DNA of 32,000 bases from Vulcanisaeta distributa DSM 14429 (GCF_000148385.1 NC_014537.1:1320001-1352000), one strand, 5' to 3'. Counted from the stretch's first letter, positions 1 to 9,909 are shown. Program-made: numbers and translations. The notes: generated from the sequence alone by a model not told the origin.

Positions 1-1
1 G

Positions 2-424
<423 letters not shown>

Positions 425-438
425 TTAATGACTTAGTC

Positions 439-473
439 TAAAAATAAGTATTTATTCAATATACTTATTTTTA
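439..473 (+). terminator. perfect 13-bp A/T-rich hairpin whose 3' arm ends in a T5 run, just downstream of the hemB stop; possible terminator or protein-binding palindrome
   Basis: taaaaataagtat (439-451) pairs base for base with atacttattttta (461-473) around a 9-nt loop. The T5 run at 468-472 fits oligo-T archaeal termination. The element lies between the hemB stop (424) and the TATA-like aatataaa (about 487-494) of the next gene. Confidence 0.3.
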
Positions 474-510
474 TTCTAGAGAAAACAATATAAATCCCTC
501 TAACCACATC

Positions 511-1734
511 ATGTCGACCAATATGAATATTACTCAATTCCTGGCTGATAGATCAAAGTTAATGAGAGCTTCTGAAATCAGGGAGTTACTGAAGTGGGTT
601 ACTGAGAATGTGATTTCCTTTGGCGGTGGAATGCCCGACCCATCGTCATTCCCCGTTAAGGAAATAATTGAGGTAACGAGGGACGTATTATCAATAAAGG
701 CCGATAAGGCACTTCAGTATGGAACCACTGGCGGTGTAACGGAGCTAAGGGAGGAAATAGTTAGGTTTATGGGTAAGGAGGGTATTAGGGTTGATGGTCC
801 TGAGAACGTAATAATTACGGTTGGTAGTCAGGAGGCCCTTGATATAATTGGTAGGTTATTCATAAACCCTGGAGATTACGTAATTACTGAAAGTCCAACG
901 TACTTAGCAGCATTGCAAGCCTTTAGGATTTATGGACCTAGGATAATTGGTATACCCATGGATAATTATGGAATTAGGGTTGATATTCTTGAGGACACGA
1001 TTAAGAAAGTAATTGATGATGGCGGTAAACCCAAGTTCATATACGTAATACCCACCGGTCAAAATCCAACGGGCATTACAATGAGTATGGAAAGAAGAAA
1101 GTCGCTACTTGACATCGCCAGTAGGTATGACTTATTAGTAATTGAGGATGACCCATACGGCTACATATACTTCGGCGATGAAGAGCCGCCTGCAAGACTT
1201 AAGGCAATGGATAGTGAGGGTAGGGTTATTTACCTATCCACATTCAGTAAGATAGCTGCGCCCGGGCTTAGGCTTGGTTGGGTTGCGGCGAGTAGTGAGG
1301 TGATTAGGTGGTTTGAGCTTGCTAAGCAATCAATTGACCTGCACACATCGACACTTAATCAGTACATAGCCGCTGAATTATTGAGGAGGGGTGTTATTGA
1401 GAGGAATATACCGAGGATTAAGGAGATTTATAGGAGTAAGAGGGACCTAATGCTTCAAGCGTTAAGTGAGCACATGCCTGAGGGTGTTACCTGGACTAGG
1501 CCCTCAGCTGGCATGTTCATTTGGTTAACAACGCCTGAGAAGATTGATACTGGTGAAATGCTTAATGTTGCCATTAAGAAGTATGGGGTTGCTTACGTAC
1601 CAGGTAAGTCCTTTTACCCAAATGAGGATAGGCATAATGACATGAGACTTAACTTCACATACCCAACACCGCAGCAGATCTTCGAGGGCATTAAGAGACT
1701 CGCACTGGCCATTAAGGAATATCTATCACAGTAG
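511..1734 (+). CDS. PLP-dependent aminotransferase, class I/II (AspC/LysN/aromatic aminotransferase-like)
   Basis: 407-aa ORF. It carries the GQNPTG and EDDPYG motifs and the PLP-lysine motif STFSKIAAPGLRLGW typical of fold-type I aminotransferases. A TATA-like aatataaa lies about 20-25 nt upstream of the ATG. Confidence 0.85.
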   Translation: MSTNMNITQFLADRSKLMRASEIRELLKWVTENVISFGGGMPDPSSFPVKEIIEVTRDVLSIKADKALQYGTTGGVTELREEIVRFMGKEGIRVDGPENVIITVGSQEALDIIGRLFINPGDYVITESPTYLAALQAFRIYGPRIIGIPMDNYGIRVDILEDTIKKVIDDGGKPKFIYVIPTGQNPTGITMSMERRKSLLDIASRYDLLVIEDDPYGYIYFGDEEPPARLKAMDSEGRVIYLSTFSKIAAPGLRLGWVAASSEVIRWFELAKQSIDLHTSTLNQYIAAELLRRGVIERNIPRIKEIYRSKRDLMLQALSEHMPEGVTWTRPSAGMFIWLTTPEKIDTGEMLNVAIKKYGVAYVPGKSFYPNEDRHNDMRLNFTYPTPQQIFEGIKRLALAIKEYLSQ

Positions 1735-1839
1735 TTTCAGTTCTCAGAAATTTAATGAAGTTTCACGTGGGGTTTATCATAAGTATCATAGTTTAATACT
1801 CTACGAATCCTTATAAGCTACTAAGTAGATCCTAACTCA

Positions 1840-3396
1840 ATGCAGAGAGGTAATACTAGTGATAGTTCCATTAATGAACTTAGCATTAATAAATTAGGTG
1901 ATGTGCTAGGGATTGTCGAAAAGAGTATTAATGAAAACAGTAGATTAATATTAACCGTAAGCTCGAAACTTAGCTATAATGACTTAATCAGTAAGTTATT
2001 CATTGGTTCGTACGTCGTGGTTGTTGATGCATCAACAGGTAACGAAGCGCTCCTTAGGGTTAATAAGGTTGAAAGCATAATGAGCCCACCGCTTTCAATA
2101 AAAGGTACTAACTCAACGTACGTTAGGATTGCCGGCGATTTCGTAATTTCACGAGTAAGGGGAAATGGTTCATATCGTTATTCATCACTAATCGTAATAC
2201 CCATCAACGGTAGCTTGGTTATTTATCCAAGTAGCGAAGTTATTAGGGAATTCCTCGGATTGACAGGAAATTTGTCATTTGGTAAGGCATTAATTAATGG
2301 GTACGACATACCAATAACGTTAAGTGAGGATGCACTTAGTGGGGGCTTGTTAATAATGGGTCAGCCAGGTTGCGGTAAGTCCTTCTTTATAAAGAGGTTG
2401 ATTAAGGAGTTGTATTCGACAAGTAGTTATGAGAATATAGTAATACTTGATAGGACAGGTGAGTATACAAAGGATATTATTGAGAATGGAATCGACGCAT
2501 CCGCACTGATCCCGGTAGATCTTATGAAGCTGGGTCGACCAGCGGATATTGATGAGTTAAAGAAGTACGTTGTCGATAAGTTACGTATTCTTGGCTTTCA
2601 GAGAAGGAAGGCTAAAATTTCGATGAGTATGTCGAAGAATGATGGTATTGAATTTAATATTGACTTTCGGAGGAAGGGATTTGGTAAGTTGAGTATTATG
2701 CCATTATCCATTAGGTTCAGGTGGTTTATTGAGAGGGCGGCTAATTACCTGGACCCAGAGATTAAGTACGTGGTCACGACATTAATGATGGAGAATGAGA
2801 AGGCACTTAATACTGTGCAGAGCTTCATTAGTGCGATTAAGGATCCTGAATTACTCAACATAATTGGTAGAGGGCCAATAAATAAGGCCGTTGATCTGGC
2901 ATACTCGCTAAAGGACACGGGGTTCTTCGATGCAATGGTTAACATTGATGGTGAGAACATGGATATCTCGGTGTTTAGCCCAATAAGGGTTTTGAGAAGT
3001 AGGGTTGCGATTATTGACCTTCACGAATTACCTGATTCATTAATGAGTATTTACGAGATTATACTCATAGAGGATATCGTTAAGTGGTTTATAGGTTCTA
3101 GGGATAATAAGGTGATCATGATTGTGGATAATGTGGAGGGTCTCATGGGTAATAAGGACTTATTAAATTCATTAATTAATAGCATAAGGATTGGTAGGTC
3201 CCACGGCATATACTTCATAGTAGCTACCAGGCTTTTCTCGAGGAAACTCTATAGGGAGTTTGGGAACCTAATGATAATGAGAATGAACAGCTCTACGAAA
3301 CTTGGGTGTCAAGAGAATACAAACCTACTTAATAATGAGTTCATACTAATCTCTCCATGGCTAAATATTAACTGTATTAAGGGTTCAATAGCGTAA
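1840..3396 (+). CDS. HerA/DUF87-like P-loop ATPase (FtsK-HerA superfamily), orphan
   Basis: 518 aa. The Walker A motif is GQPGCGKSF, followed by ILDRTGEY. A HerA-style RVAIIDLHELPD segment is present. The Walker-B-position strand reads KVIMIVDNVEGL. The N-terminal region (LGIVEKS...YVVVVDASTGNEALLRVNKVES) resembles a HAS-barrel. Confidence 0.6.
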   Translation: MQRGNTSDSSINELSINKLGDVLGIVEKSINENSRLILTVSSKLSYNDLISKLFIGSYVVVVDASTGNEALLRVNKVESIMSPPLSIKGTNSTYVRIAGDFVISRVRGNGSYRYSSLIVIPINGSLVIYPSSEVIREFLGLTGNLSFGKALINGYDIPITLSEDALSGGLLIMGQPGCGKSFFIKRLIKELYSTSSYENIVILDRTGEYTKDIIENGIDASALIPVDLMKLGRPADIDELKKYVVDKLRILGFQRRKAKISMSMSKNDGIEFNIDFRRKGFGKLSIMPLSIRFRWFIERAANYLDPEIKYVVTTLMMENEKALNTVQSFISAIKDPELLNIIGRGPINKAVDLAYSLKDTGFFDAMVNIDGENMDISVFSPIRVLRSRVAIIDLHELPDSLMSIYEIILIEDIVKWFIGSRDNKVIMIVDNVEGLMGNKDLLNSLINSIRIGRSHGIYFIVATRLFSRKLYREFGNLMIMRMNSSTKLGCQENTNLLNNEFILISPWLNINCIKGSIA

Positions 3397-3419
3397 TTCT
3401 TAATTAGTGGTTACGACTA

Positions 3420-4172
3420 TTGCCCATAATGGCGGTCATAATAGCTGAATTACCACCACTGAGGAGAATTGATAATATAGATAATTACCTGAATATGATT
3501 GGTGGTATTATTGATTATGTAACGCATATTGATATTCCTGATTCCACATTCGCAAATCCTTCAGCAAATGCAGTACTCATAGGTGCATTGATTAGGCGTA
3601 GATTTGGTAATGTTGAGGTTATTGCGAATGTTAGGGTTGCCGACCATAATAAGGTTGGGCTTACGGCACTAGTAATGGGTGGTTTAATTAATGGCGTTAG
3701 GAATTACCTGCTAATGAGGGGCGACCTGGGGCCTGGCGTTACGGCAGTCCCTGATTTAACGCCGGTAAGTGCCATTAATTATTTAAGGAGTATTGAGCAA
3801 ATCAGTGGCGCTAGGTTTGGTATCTCCATATCAAGTTTTGAGGAGAGCTACATAAGGGAAAGACTAAACGCAAAGCCTGACTTCGCAATGCTTCAATACA
3901 CATTATCGATGGATGATTTAATGAGGGTTTTTACCGTGAATAGGGAGTTTAACGTTGATGTTTATCCAGCGTTATTAATAATCACTAATAAGTCGGCTAG
4001 GGTTATAGGTAGGATACTCAATACTGAGGTTCAGGTAAAGCCTGACCCAATAGATGATGCGATTACCAGAGCCCGTGAGCTATTGAGGTACTTCCCCGGT
4101 ATTTACCTATCAGCTCCAGGGGACTTTGAGGCAATAGTGGAAGCTGCAAAGGCCTTAAGAAAGTACCTATGA
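3420..4172 (+). CDS. methylenetetrahydrofolate reductase (MetF)-like protein
   Basis: The pattern IAELPPLR ... IDIPDS..ANPSANAVLIGALI ... VADHNKVGLTALVMGGLINGVRNYLLMRGD resembles the MTHFR family core (E.PP, itD.p.g, crd.n, Gi.n.L.lrGD). The track start is TTG 3420; ATG 3429 is a more likely start. Confidence 0.5.
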   Translation: MPIMAVIIAELPPLRRIDNIDNYLNMIGGIIDYVTHIDIPDSTFANPSANAVLIGALIRRRFGNVEVIANVRVADHNKVGLTALVMGGLINGVRNYLLMRGDLGPGVTAVPDLTPVSAINYLRSIEQISGARFGISISSFEESYIRERLNAKPDFAMLQYTLSMDDLMRVFTVNREFNVDVYPALLIITNKSARVIGRILNTEVQVKPDPIDDAITRARELLRYFPGIYLSAPGDFEAIVEAAKALRKYL

Positions 4173-5126
4173 TTCTTCCTGGTTTTCCTCCTCTTCCTCA
4201 CCGGGTAACCTAAGTAATGACTTTATTTGCTTCTTGGCAGTGGCTTCGACCTTAGCCTCAAGCCTATCTTTGTACATGGCTATTATCGTATCCACAATAC
4301 TCAGTATAGCCCTAGCGGTATCTGACGTAGAGTACTTCATTAGGAAGGGCTCGCCAAGGTCATTAGACTCACCAATCCTTGGATCAAGCGGTATCATGCC
4401 AAGGTACGGCACGCCATACTTATCCGCCATTTCCTTACCAATCAACTTACCAAAGATGTAATACGTCTTTCCAGTCTCGGGGCAGTAGAAGCAGCACATG
4501 TTCTCGACTACGCCGGTTATCGGTATTTTAACCTTCCTCGAGAAATCAATGGCCTTCTGCACAATCCTCTTTGATACATCACTCGGTGCAGTCACTATTA
4601 TGCTACCAGTCATCTCGTTAGCAAGGGCCTGGGCTATTGTTAATGGAGCATCACCAGTACCTGGTGGCAAATCAATGAACAAGGCATCTAACTCACCCCA
4701 GCGTACATTACCCAGGAAATCCTTAATGGCCCTATCAACCAATGGACCCCTCCAAATGACTGCGGTATCATCAGTGGGTAGTAAGAAGTCCATGGAGACC
4801 ACCTTTATGCCGAATGGTCCTTCGGCAGGTATTATCTTCTCATCCTCACTAAGGTAAAGATTAGCGCCGACCAGACCGAGTAGTTTCGGTATTGTTGGGC
4901 CATATACGTCAGCATCAAGTATGCCGACTCTATAACCCCTCATCGCGAAGCCCAATGCTAGGCTTGCCGTGACGAAACTCTTACCAACACCACCTTTGCC
5001 GCTCATTATTGCGAACTTGGTCTTGATGGTCTTCATTGTCTGAGCAATTTCGCCAGTGTCTAATGGACCTGCCTTCTGCACGGATACCCTTATCTTACCC
5101 CCGCCTTGACTACTTTGTGATGACAT
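4167..5126 (-). CDS. mrp: Mrp/NBP35/ApbC-family iron-sulfur cluster carrier ATPase
   Basis: The deviant Walker A is AIMSGKGGVGKSF, followed by LDADVYGPTIP and the CxxC cluster-ligand motif MCCFYCPETGK. The acidic tail is GEEEEENQEES. It overlaps the convergent MetF-like gene by 6 nt. Confidence 0.9.
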   Translation of the reverse strand: MSSQSSQGGGKIRVSVQKAGPLDTGEIAQTMKTIKTKFAIMSGKGGVGKSFVTASLALGFAMRGYRVGILDADVYGPTIPKLLGLVGANLYLSEDEKIIPAEGPFGIKVVSMDFLLPTDDTAVIWRGPLVDRAIKDFLGNVRWGELDALFIDLPPGTGDAPLTIAQALANEMTGSIIVTAPSDVSKRIVQKAIDFSRKVKIPITGVVENMCCFYCPETGKTYYIFGKLIGKEMADKYGVPYLGMIPLDPRIGESNDLGEPFLMKYSTSDTARAILSIVDTIIAMYKDRLEAKVEATAKKQIKSLLRLPGEEEEENQEES

Positions 5127-5182
5127 GCGTATAACAACTACACTTGATGTATTTAAAAATCAAACTCCTTAAGCCATTATTT

Positions 5183-7402
5183 TTAGTACTGTGATACGAA
5201 GTCCTCAACCCTCGGAATCTCCTTAGGCAATCCCTTCCTCTCCCTAATCTTCATTATCATATCAACGAGCATGTTCTCGGGAACAGGGGACCACCTTGAG
5301 AACTGAAGGCTCCAAAACACCCTACCAGCAGTTGCGCTCCTAAGCTCGTCGCTGAGCGTGAATGATTCAATGACCGGTATTTCGCCCTTAATAGTTACCA
5401 TGTACTCAGACTGAACCATATCAAGTACCTTACCCCTATGCCTATTCAACACACCAATCACAGAGCCGATGTTCTCCTGGGTCGTCTTAGCCTCTATTGA
5501 CAGCATTGGCTCAAGTAGTGTTGGTTTAGCCGCGAGTATTCCAGCCATTATGGCGTTCTTAGTGGCGGGCATTATCTGGGCTGGACCTCTGTGGGCTGGG
5601 TCCTCGTGAACCACGGCATCATGCAGTATCACCTTTATACCCCTAACAGGCTCCTGAGCCAGCGGGCCAGCCTGTATTGACCACCTAAAGCCCTGCACTA
5701 TGTAATCCCTAACCTCCCTGAGGTACTGAATACCCGTTGTCTTATCAACGAAGACATTGATGTACTGCTCATCCACAGCCCATATACCCCTGGCCTCATC
5801 AGTATCCCAACCAGCCTTCTCCCTAAGTATCTTAGCCCTCTCCCTTGGATCCTGATCATCCGTTACCTCACCAAGTTGTATAAGCCTAATTGTCTCCTCA
5901 TCAAGTGGCTCAACGCTTATATAGAGCTTGTTGTGCTTATTCGGTGATTTACCCTCAAATGTCGGCGACGCAGTCCTAACAGTCTCTCTAAACCTAACCA
6001 ATGGCTGTGATACTGTGAAGTCCAGCTTAGTCCTCTCCTTGAGTAACCATGTGGCTATCTCTAGGTGCAGTGTACCAACACCACTAAGCAGTACCTGCCC
6101 CGTCTCCTCATCAATCTTCAAGCTTAGTGTTGGGTCCTCAATCGTTAATTCCTTAAGGCCCTCCACAAGCTTCGCCAAATCATTCGGGTTCTTGGGTTCT
6201 ATAGCCACTGTAACTACCGGCTCGCTTATGTACTTCATTCTCTCGAATGGAGCCGCCACATCCTTAATCGAGGCAGCCACGATTGTTTCGCCAGCCCTTG
6301 CATCATCAACTCCCAACAACGCGACTATGTTACCAGCCGGCACCTCGGGTATTACAATCCTATTCGGACCCATGTATAGATACGTCTGCAAAACCCTCTT
6401 AGCCGTCTTGGCATTTATTAGGTAGACCTCGTCGCCCTCCCTAATGGTACCGCTGAACACCCTGCCAGTGGCTATTAAACCGGCGTGTGGGTCCTTATTC
6501 ATCTTACTAACGGCTATTACCGTTGGTCCATCAGGGTCAGCCTCAAGTAATGCCTTACCAAGTGGTGAATTTATGTCGCCCCTCCAAATCTTTGGTATCC
6601 TATACTTCTGAGCCACATTTGGCGGTGGTACATGCTCAACGATCATGTTCAGAATAGCCTTATAGAGTGGGAATTCCTGCGCCAGCTCATCTACGTAGTT
6701 CTTCTCGTAGGCATCGACAATATTGCTGAACTTGAGGCCCGCCTTAGCGGCCTGCGGTATGGTCACACCCCACTTATGGAGCGCCGAGCCGAGCGCGACC
6801 TGGCCCTTGGCTGGGTCAACCTTCCACTTATCCTTGAAGGCTGGGTCTGCATACATGTCAATTAGGTTGTTAAAGTCCTTAACGATCTCCACAATCCTTT
6901 GCTGAATCTCGTTGGGGCTCAGCCTAAGCTCCTTAATTAACCTATCAATCTTGTTAATGAATAGTACGGGCCTAACCATCTCCTCCATTGCCTGCCTAAC
7001 CACGGTCTCGGTCTGCGTCATGACGCCCTCAACAGCATCAACGACGACCAACGCGCCATCCATAACCCTGAGGGACCTTGTGACATGGCCCGTGAAGTCC
7101 ACGTGGCCTGGCGTATCAACGAAGTTGATTATGTATGGCTTACCCTCATACTCGAAGTATAGGCTTATGTTAGCTGCCTTAACGGTCATCTGCCTCAACT
7201 GCTCAATCTCGACGTAGTCCATTGCCAGGGCCTTACCAGCAACCTTGGGGCTAAGTAAACCGGCGCCCATTAGTAATGAGTCCGTGGTTGTCGTCTTGCC
7301 ATGATCAACATGGGCTAGGGTGCCTGCGTTTCTAACCTGAGCAGGGTTTCTCATTATTGAGAGTATATCCTCAATTTTCTTCTCGATAATCCTAACTGCC
7401 AT
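5183..7402 (-). CDS. fusA: translation elongation factor 2 (aEF-2)
   Basis: 739 aa. The GTPase motifs are AHVDHGKTT, DTPGHVDF and NKIDR. The archaeal/eukaryal diphthamide region is VHEDPAHRGPAQ. Full-length EF-2 architecture is present. Confidence 0.97.
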   Translation of the reverse strand: MAVRIIEKKIEDILSIMRNPAQVRNAGTLAHVDHGKTTTTDSLLMGAGLLSPKVAGKALAMDYVEIEQLRQMTVKAANISLYFEYEGKPYIINFVDTPGHVDFTGHVTRSLRVMDGALVVVDAVEGVMTQTETVVRQAMEEMVRPVLFINKIDRLIKELRLSPNEIQQRIVEIVKDFNNLIDMYADPAFKDKWKVDPAKGQVALGSALHKWGVTIPQAAKAGLKFSNIVDAYEKNYVDELAQEFPLYKAILNMIVEHVPPPNVAQKYRIPKIWRGDINSPLGKALLEADPDGPTVIAVSKMNKDPHAGLIATGRVFSGTIREGDEVYLINAKTAKRVLQTYLYMGPNRIVIPEVPAGNIVALLGVDDARAGETIVAASIKDVAAPFERMKYISEPVVTVAIEPKNPNDLAKLVEGLKELTIEDPTLSLKIDEETGQVLLSGVGTLHLEIATWLLKERTKLDFTVSQPLVRFRETVRTASPTFEGKSPNKHNKLYISVEPLDEETIRLIQLGEVTDDQDPRERAKILREKAGWDTDEARGIWAVDEQYINVFVDKTTGIQYLREVRDYIVQGFRWSIQAGPLAQEPVRGIKVILHDAVVHEDPAHRGPAQIMPATKNAIMAGILAAKPTLLEPMLSIEAKTTQENIGSVIGVLNRHRGKVLDMVQSEYMVTIKGEIPVIESFTLSDELRSATAGRVFWSLQFSRWSPVPENMLVDMIMKIRERKGLPKEIPRVEDFVSQY

Positions 7403-7481
7403 CGATAATCAGAACCCAACGTTAAGTAGCCCTAATAAACCTTTCTAATAACGATATTGACAATAGCAAGGCATAAGTGCG

Positions 7482-8138
7482 CTAGGCATGTAGCGTTAAG
7501 TGAGAATTGCATGAATTAATTAATGAACGTAATGCACTGGAGCAATTAAGGTAATACTTAGCATCAATTAAGTAGTTATTGGTTAATTCATTCAATTCAC
7601 TAATTATGAAGTCTCTCGATGCCTTTGAATATCCCTTCTTACATTCTATTCCCAATGAATAATCAACCAACAAATAGTAAGTAGCAGGTATGGCAATCTC
7701 CAACGGTAATGACTCAAGAAGCAACTCCTTAGCAACATTTAGGTGAATATTACCATGCCCAAGGTAATGACCACCACCAATACCGACCAAGTGGGCAATC
7801 TCATGCGCCAGGACTTGCCAACCCCAATAGGCTGCGCATTTACTAAAGTCACGCTTAATACGCCAGGCCCCAATATGGATACTGACGGACCTATACCTCC
7901 TAATGTACATTACATAGCCATAAACATGCCTATGACCAACATTACCATGAATATACACACTACGTACATCTTCAGGAACACCGAAGGAACGAGCGTTATT
8001 AAACATGGTAATTATGAAGTTGGTAATACCCTGATTATCAAAGCCACCGATATTCAGTATGTCTATGACGGAACGATTAATGACATATTTAACCCCATTA
8101 TTCAACGCCCTAACCCACAACGCGTGAGAACTCAGCAT
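7482..8138 (-). CDS. hypothetical protein with an HExxH zinc-metallopeptidase-like motif
   Basis: 218 aa containing WQVLAHEIAHLVGIGGGHYLGHG, which reads HExxHxxG with a further His five residues on. It was preferred over the overlapping + strand ORF (7743-8147), which is T/N/P-rich and low in complexity. Confidence 0.45.
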   Translation of the reverse strand: MLSSHALWVRALNNGVKYVINRSVIDILNIGGFDNQGITNFIITMFNNARSFGVPEDVRSVYIHGNVGHRHVYGYVMYIRRYRSVSIHIGAWRIKRDFSKCAAYWGWQVLAHEIAHLVGIGGGHYLGHGNIHLNVAKELLLESLPLEIAIPATYYLLVDYSLGIECKKGYSKASRDFIISELNELTNNYLIDAKYYLNCSSALRSLINSCNSHLTLHA

Positions 8139-8271
8139 GATTTATAAGTAAAACCCATCAGCTCCAGGCTAATTTCCTCATTAATCGGCGGAGGTGCATA
8201 TCATCACTACTAAGGCTAAATACAGAGCAGATTAATATACTTAATAAGGAATTAATTATTGAGAGCAAGTA

Positions 8272-8961
8272 ATGGTTAAGTGGATCAGACTCATGGTAAT
8301 TAATGATAATAAGCCAAACCCACCATTACTGAACGATTGGGGCTGGAGTATATTCATTGAGACAGATAAGTGGATATTACTTTACGATGCAGACACGGAG
8401 CCGAGAATTATGGAGAACAACATCAAGGCCTTAGGTATAGACCTCAATAGGGTTAACGCAGCCTTCCTCAGTCATTATCACGCAGATCACTATGGTGGAT
8501 TTAAATACATTGGTAAGGTCAGGAAGGGATTAACTGTCTATGTTCCTGAGGTAGACAATATACTGCGTAAGTGGGACCTTAACCCAATCACCGTTAACGA
8601 TTCCCGGGAAATACTTGAGGATGCTGTTACGACTGGTATCATGAGTGGTATGGGTGTTTATGAGCATTCACTGATTGTTAAGTTGAGTGGTTATGGCTCC
8701 GTTGTCGTGGTTGGTTGTTCCCACCCTGGCATTGATAAAATCGTGAAGAGGAGCCATGAATTGCTCGGTGATATTTACCTGGTAATTGGTGGTTTTCATG
8801 GTCCATCTAGGCAACAGCTTGATATTGTTGCTAGGTACTCAAGGTACGTATGTCCGGCTCACTGCTCAGGTGATGAGGCTAGGCATTACATGAGTGTGCA
8901 TTATCGTGATAAATACTGCGATGTTAGGACAGGGACAGTAATTAACCTGCCAATCACTTAA
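8272..8961 (+). CDS. MBL-fold metallo-hydrolase (COG1237-like)
   Basis: The HxHxDH motif is LSHYHADHYGG. The N-terminus VINDNKPNPPLLNDWGWSIFIETDKWILLYDAD and the later GCSHPG and GGFH motifs are typical of this beta-lactamase-fold subfamily. Confidence 0.75.
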   Translation: MVKWIRLMVINDNKPNPPLLNDWGWSIFIETDKWILLYDADTEPRIMENNIKALGIDLNRVNAAFLSHYHADHYGGFKYIGKVRKGLTVYVPEVDNILRKWDLNPITVNDSREILEDAVTTGIMSGMGVYEHSLIVKLSGYGSVVVVGCSHPGIDKIVKRSHELLGDIYLVIGGFHGPSRQQLDIVARYSRYVCPAHCSGDEARHYMSVHYRDKYCDVRTGTVINLPIT

Positions 8962-9003
8962 TTCAACCTAGAATGGTTCTTAAATTAGTGGCATTATCGT
9001 TGA

Positions 9004-9288
9004 TTGGTAATGGTTAGTAAGGATGTAGTTTTCGATGAGGTTAGGAAGGTTGGTAGGGAGTGGGTGATTAGGGGTAGGGTTAAGAGTAGGTCTAGGCCCA
9101 ATACTTGGCATAGTGTTGAGGCTAGGATTAGGAGGTTGGAGAGTGGTGAGGTGACCATGGTTGGTAAGTGCGATTGCGAGGCATTTACTAGGGGTCACAT
9201 GGTTTGCTGGCACATGCTTCATTTGACCAATGTCTTCATTAGAAATAGGCGCAGGTTGGTTCGCGGCCTTGGGATTTCTGTTAATTAG
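9004..9288 (+). CDS. small stand-alone SWIM-type zinc-finger protein
   Basis: GKCDCEAFTRGHMVCWHMLHL fits the SWIM CxCx(n)CxH signature. The likely start is ATG 9010, since the track start is TTG 9004. Confidence 0.55.
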   Translation: MVMVSKDVVFDEVRKVGREWVIRGRVKSRSRPNTWHSVEARIRRLESGEVTMVGKCDCEAFTRGHMVCWHMLHLTNVFIRNRRRLVRGLGISVN

Positions 9289-9291
9289 TAA

Positions 9292-9909
9292 TTGAAAGAA
9301 AGATTTATAACACAGAGCCTTAGGCAGTTTATTGTGCTTGACCTACTTTCAATCATAGTATTCATATACCTAACGGGAAACAACTCACTGGTAATCATAA
9401 ATGCCACATTATACACACCAGCACTGTTAATGAACATAACACTCCCAGTACAGCCCCTGGGTCCTGTGACGGTGATGAATAGTACAGGGCAGTCAATACC
9501 CTACTACATATCGAACAATGAGATATACCTATCAATGGTTAACCCAGGGAACATAACAATAACATACACACCATACATAAATGTCCTAAGCAATGGAACA
9601 TTACAACTTAACATAAACACTAATTATGAAACCCAGATCTACATGGCAAGCAATGTACTGCCAACGTCAATACCAAGTAACATACAGGGATTTCAGACGA
9701 CAAGTAATGGCATTGTATTAACACTCACACCAGGTAACTACGTAATAAATTTCATAACAACAGGCCCCATAACTACCACGGAAGTCGCCCATACAATGAA
9801 GACGAGCACGTACCAACCCATTACCTACTCATCATTAAGTTACGTAATAGTAATAATCGCAATAGTCCTAATACTATCAATATTACTCATTATTAGGCAT
9901 AGGAAATAA
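9292..9909 (+). CDS. hypothetical secreted or membrane-anchored protein, Thr/Asn-rich with many N-x-S/T sequons
   Basis: There is an N-terminal hydrophobic segment (LDLLSIIVFIYL) and a C-terminal TM anchor (SYVIVIIAIVLILSILLII) followed by RHRK. NxT/S sequons include NAT, NIT, NST, NGT. The start is uncertain (TTG 9292 or GTG 9334). Confidence 0.4.
   Translation: MKERFITQSLRQFIVLDLLSIIVFIYLTGNNSLVIINATLYTPALLMNITLPVQPLGPVTVMNSTGQSIPYYISNNEIYLSMVNPGNITITYTPYINVLSNGTLQLNINTNYETQIYMASNVLPTSIPSNIQGFQTTSNGIVLTLTPGNYVINFITTGPITTTEVAHTMKTSTYQPITYSSLSYVIVIIAIVLILSILLIIRHRK

Noticed and set aside
4234-4857. The + strand ORFs 4234-4461 and 4498-4857 lie inside the Mrp/NBP35 gene.
   Set aside because: They are antisense shadows of a strongly supported minus-strand gene. 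Their products are Ser/Leu/Pro-rich, low in complexity and without motifs.
5928-7217. Four + strand ORFs (5928-6425, 6632-6865, 6723-6905, 6912-7217) lie opposite EF-2.
   Set aside because: They are antisense to an unambiguous EF-2 gene. Their Ser/Thr/Leu-rich composition is typical of the reverse frame of a purine-rich coding strand.
7743-8147. A 134-aa + strand ORF overlaps the HExxH gene.
   Set aside because: Its T/N/P-rich sequence has no motif, whereas the minus-strand frame is longer and carries an HExxH motif. The strand choice is still not certain.
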